Shown: in pieces, positions 62,832 to 64,000 of the stretch
Layout: the number at the start of each line of letters is the position of its first letter
How positions within the stretch are numbered: position 1 is the first letter of the stretch
Source: Peribolospora baueri
Taxonomy: Eukaryota
Assembly (NCBI GenBank): GCA_029717555.1
Contig: JAMDHS010000053.1
Span: 1-64,000, forward strand
Direction of reading: 5' to 3'
Length of the DNA stretch: 64,000 nucleotides
The notes under the pieces: model-generated
The model's input: only the letters and a program-made list of their open reading frames with translations
Database searches by the model: none
What the model was told of the DNA's origin: nothing
Position numbers and translations under genes: made by a program

Positions 62832-64000
62832 ATGAGCGCAACCTTCCGTCAGCCTCCGTACGCCCACGCAGGCCCCAGTGCCTCCTCTCTGGATTTCCGT
62901 CTTCTGGCCCCTTCTCCGGGCTCAGGAGCCGCTCAAGCGCCCAGAGCCGGAGAGCTTCGTATACTTCTAATGCCCAATGGAAGTTTTGTTCATGAAAATG
63001 ATGTAGCCGATGGAGCGAATACGCTTGCCGAGGAGACCGTCATCAAGACGCCGGGGCTTGTGGCGTCGACCAGGAGAGGGACGGTTCCCCATCTGACGAG
63101 GGACAATCTGGACAAGTTCCCGTCGCCCGAGGCGGTGTTCTTGCCGATGGAGCATTTGTGAGGATTGGATTCGTATATCTTTCGGAGTTGACATGACTCT
63201 CGGCACTCAGCGCTTCTTACTTATGCCTGACTCTCCTGGGACCCAGTCTAGACCCTCTTCCTCAGCCTCCACCTTCCACATCCTGGCCGCACGGTATCCA
63301 TTCCTTCCTCGGGTTCCAAGGATTCGAAGGCGACCCTGACGTGCCCAACCGGCCTCGAAAGGTGGTCTGTATGGGCTTACGAGATCCTGCGGACGGGACG
63401 GACCTGCCATACAACACCGACGCCTGGGTCACCGTCAGGACGGGCAGGGGATATCGCAAGGTCTCTTCCTCAGTGTACTACTCCTACCTTTCCGCTTACT
63501 CCCCAGACATCATTATCGCTTTTGCGGATGATCCGACCGTAACAAATCCGCCGCCTGGCGCAAAGCGCGTTGAGAAGAGCATTGTGAGGAGCTTGAAATG
63601 GCTCGAGGAAGGCATTCGGGCGAGAGATCGAGTGAGTCGGTCAATGAATGGGCTGGTCACATGAATGAAGGGAGAGAGCCACGAGCTTACGATTTTGAAA
63701 CGAAACCCTTGAAGATGCCGTCGAGGCCACACATCTTTGCCCAACTCATCGGCTCCAATTCCGTCGAACACCGAGAATCGTTCGCCCAATCGCTTCTCGA
63801 GCGCGTGTCCAATGGGCCGGCTAACGTTTGCGGTGACGAGCATTCAGCTTCGACCTCGGCGATGGGGAGTCTCGACGATGATGTGGCCGGATATGCACTT
63901 CCTCTGACCTTCCTGCGGCGATACACAGGCGTGGCCGTCCCCCGATCATCGCAAAGCGCCGTCGATGATCAGCGAAACGTTGCTGCCTCCCATCAACATC
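62832..64000 (+). CDS. QTRT2: Queuine tRNA-ribosyltransferase accessory subunit (partial, runs off the window)
   Basis: PRAGEL, IKTPGLVASTRRGTVPHLTRDN, MGLRDP, GYRKVS, SPDIIIAFADDP, KRVEKSIVRSLKWL. Confidence 0.85.

Overview
GC-rich, intron-rich eukaryotic DNA, most likely a basidiomycete fungus (GT-AG introns with CTRAY-like branch sites; fungal-type genes). Most entries in the ORF track are exon fragments or shadow ORFs. Recognisable genes are CDK1/cdc2, a DH-domain RhoGEF (Gef2-like), a Cys-rich membrane protein, a membrane-anchored monothiol glutaredoxin, a zinc metallopeptidase with a jacalin-like C-terminus, MAK16, a LIG4-like DNA ligase, ZW10/Dsl1, GGTase-I beta, Rad1/Rec1, an OsmC/Ohr protein, a p24 protein, ETR1/MECR and QTRT2 (partial). 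Repeats are a 110-bp satellite at the left edge, two copies of a MITE-like TIR element, a deleted Ty3/Gypsy chromovirus and two hairpins. Three things stand out. (1) A two-exon small secreted protein (25340-25866) has a motif pattern resembling Tse2-type ADP-ribosyltransferase toxins and sits directly behind the retroelement and the MITE. (2) A clr2 (SHREC silencing factor) gene has its promoter and exon 1 inverted relative to the rest of the gene, with short inverted repeats at the likely breakpoints and splice phases that still match. (3) A near-perfect 260-bp-arm palindrome lies inside a spliced orphan gene. All family assignments come from motif recognition by eye; no searches were run, and multi-exon boundaries are approximate.
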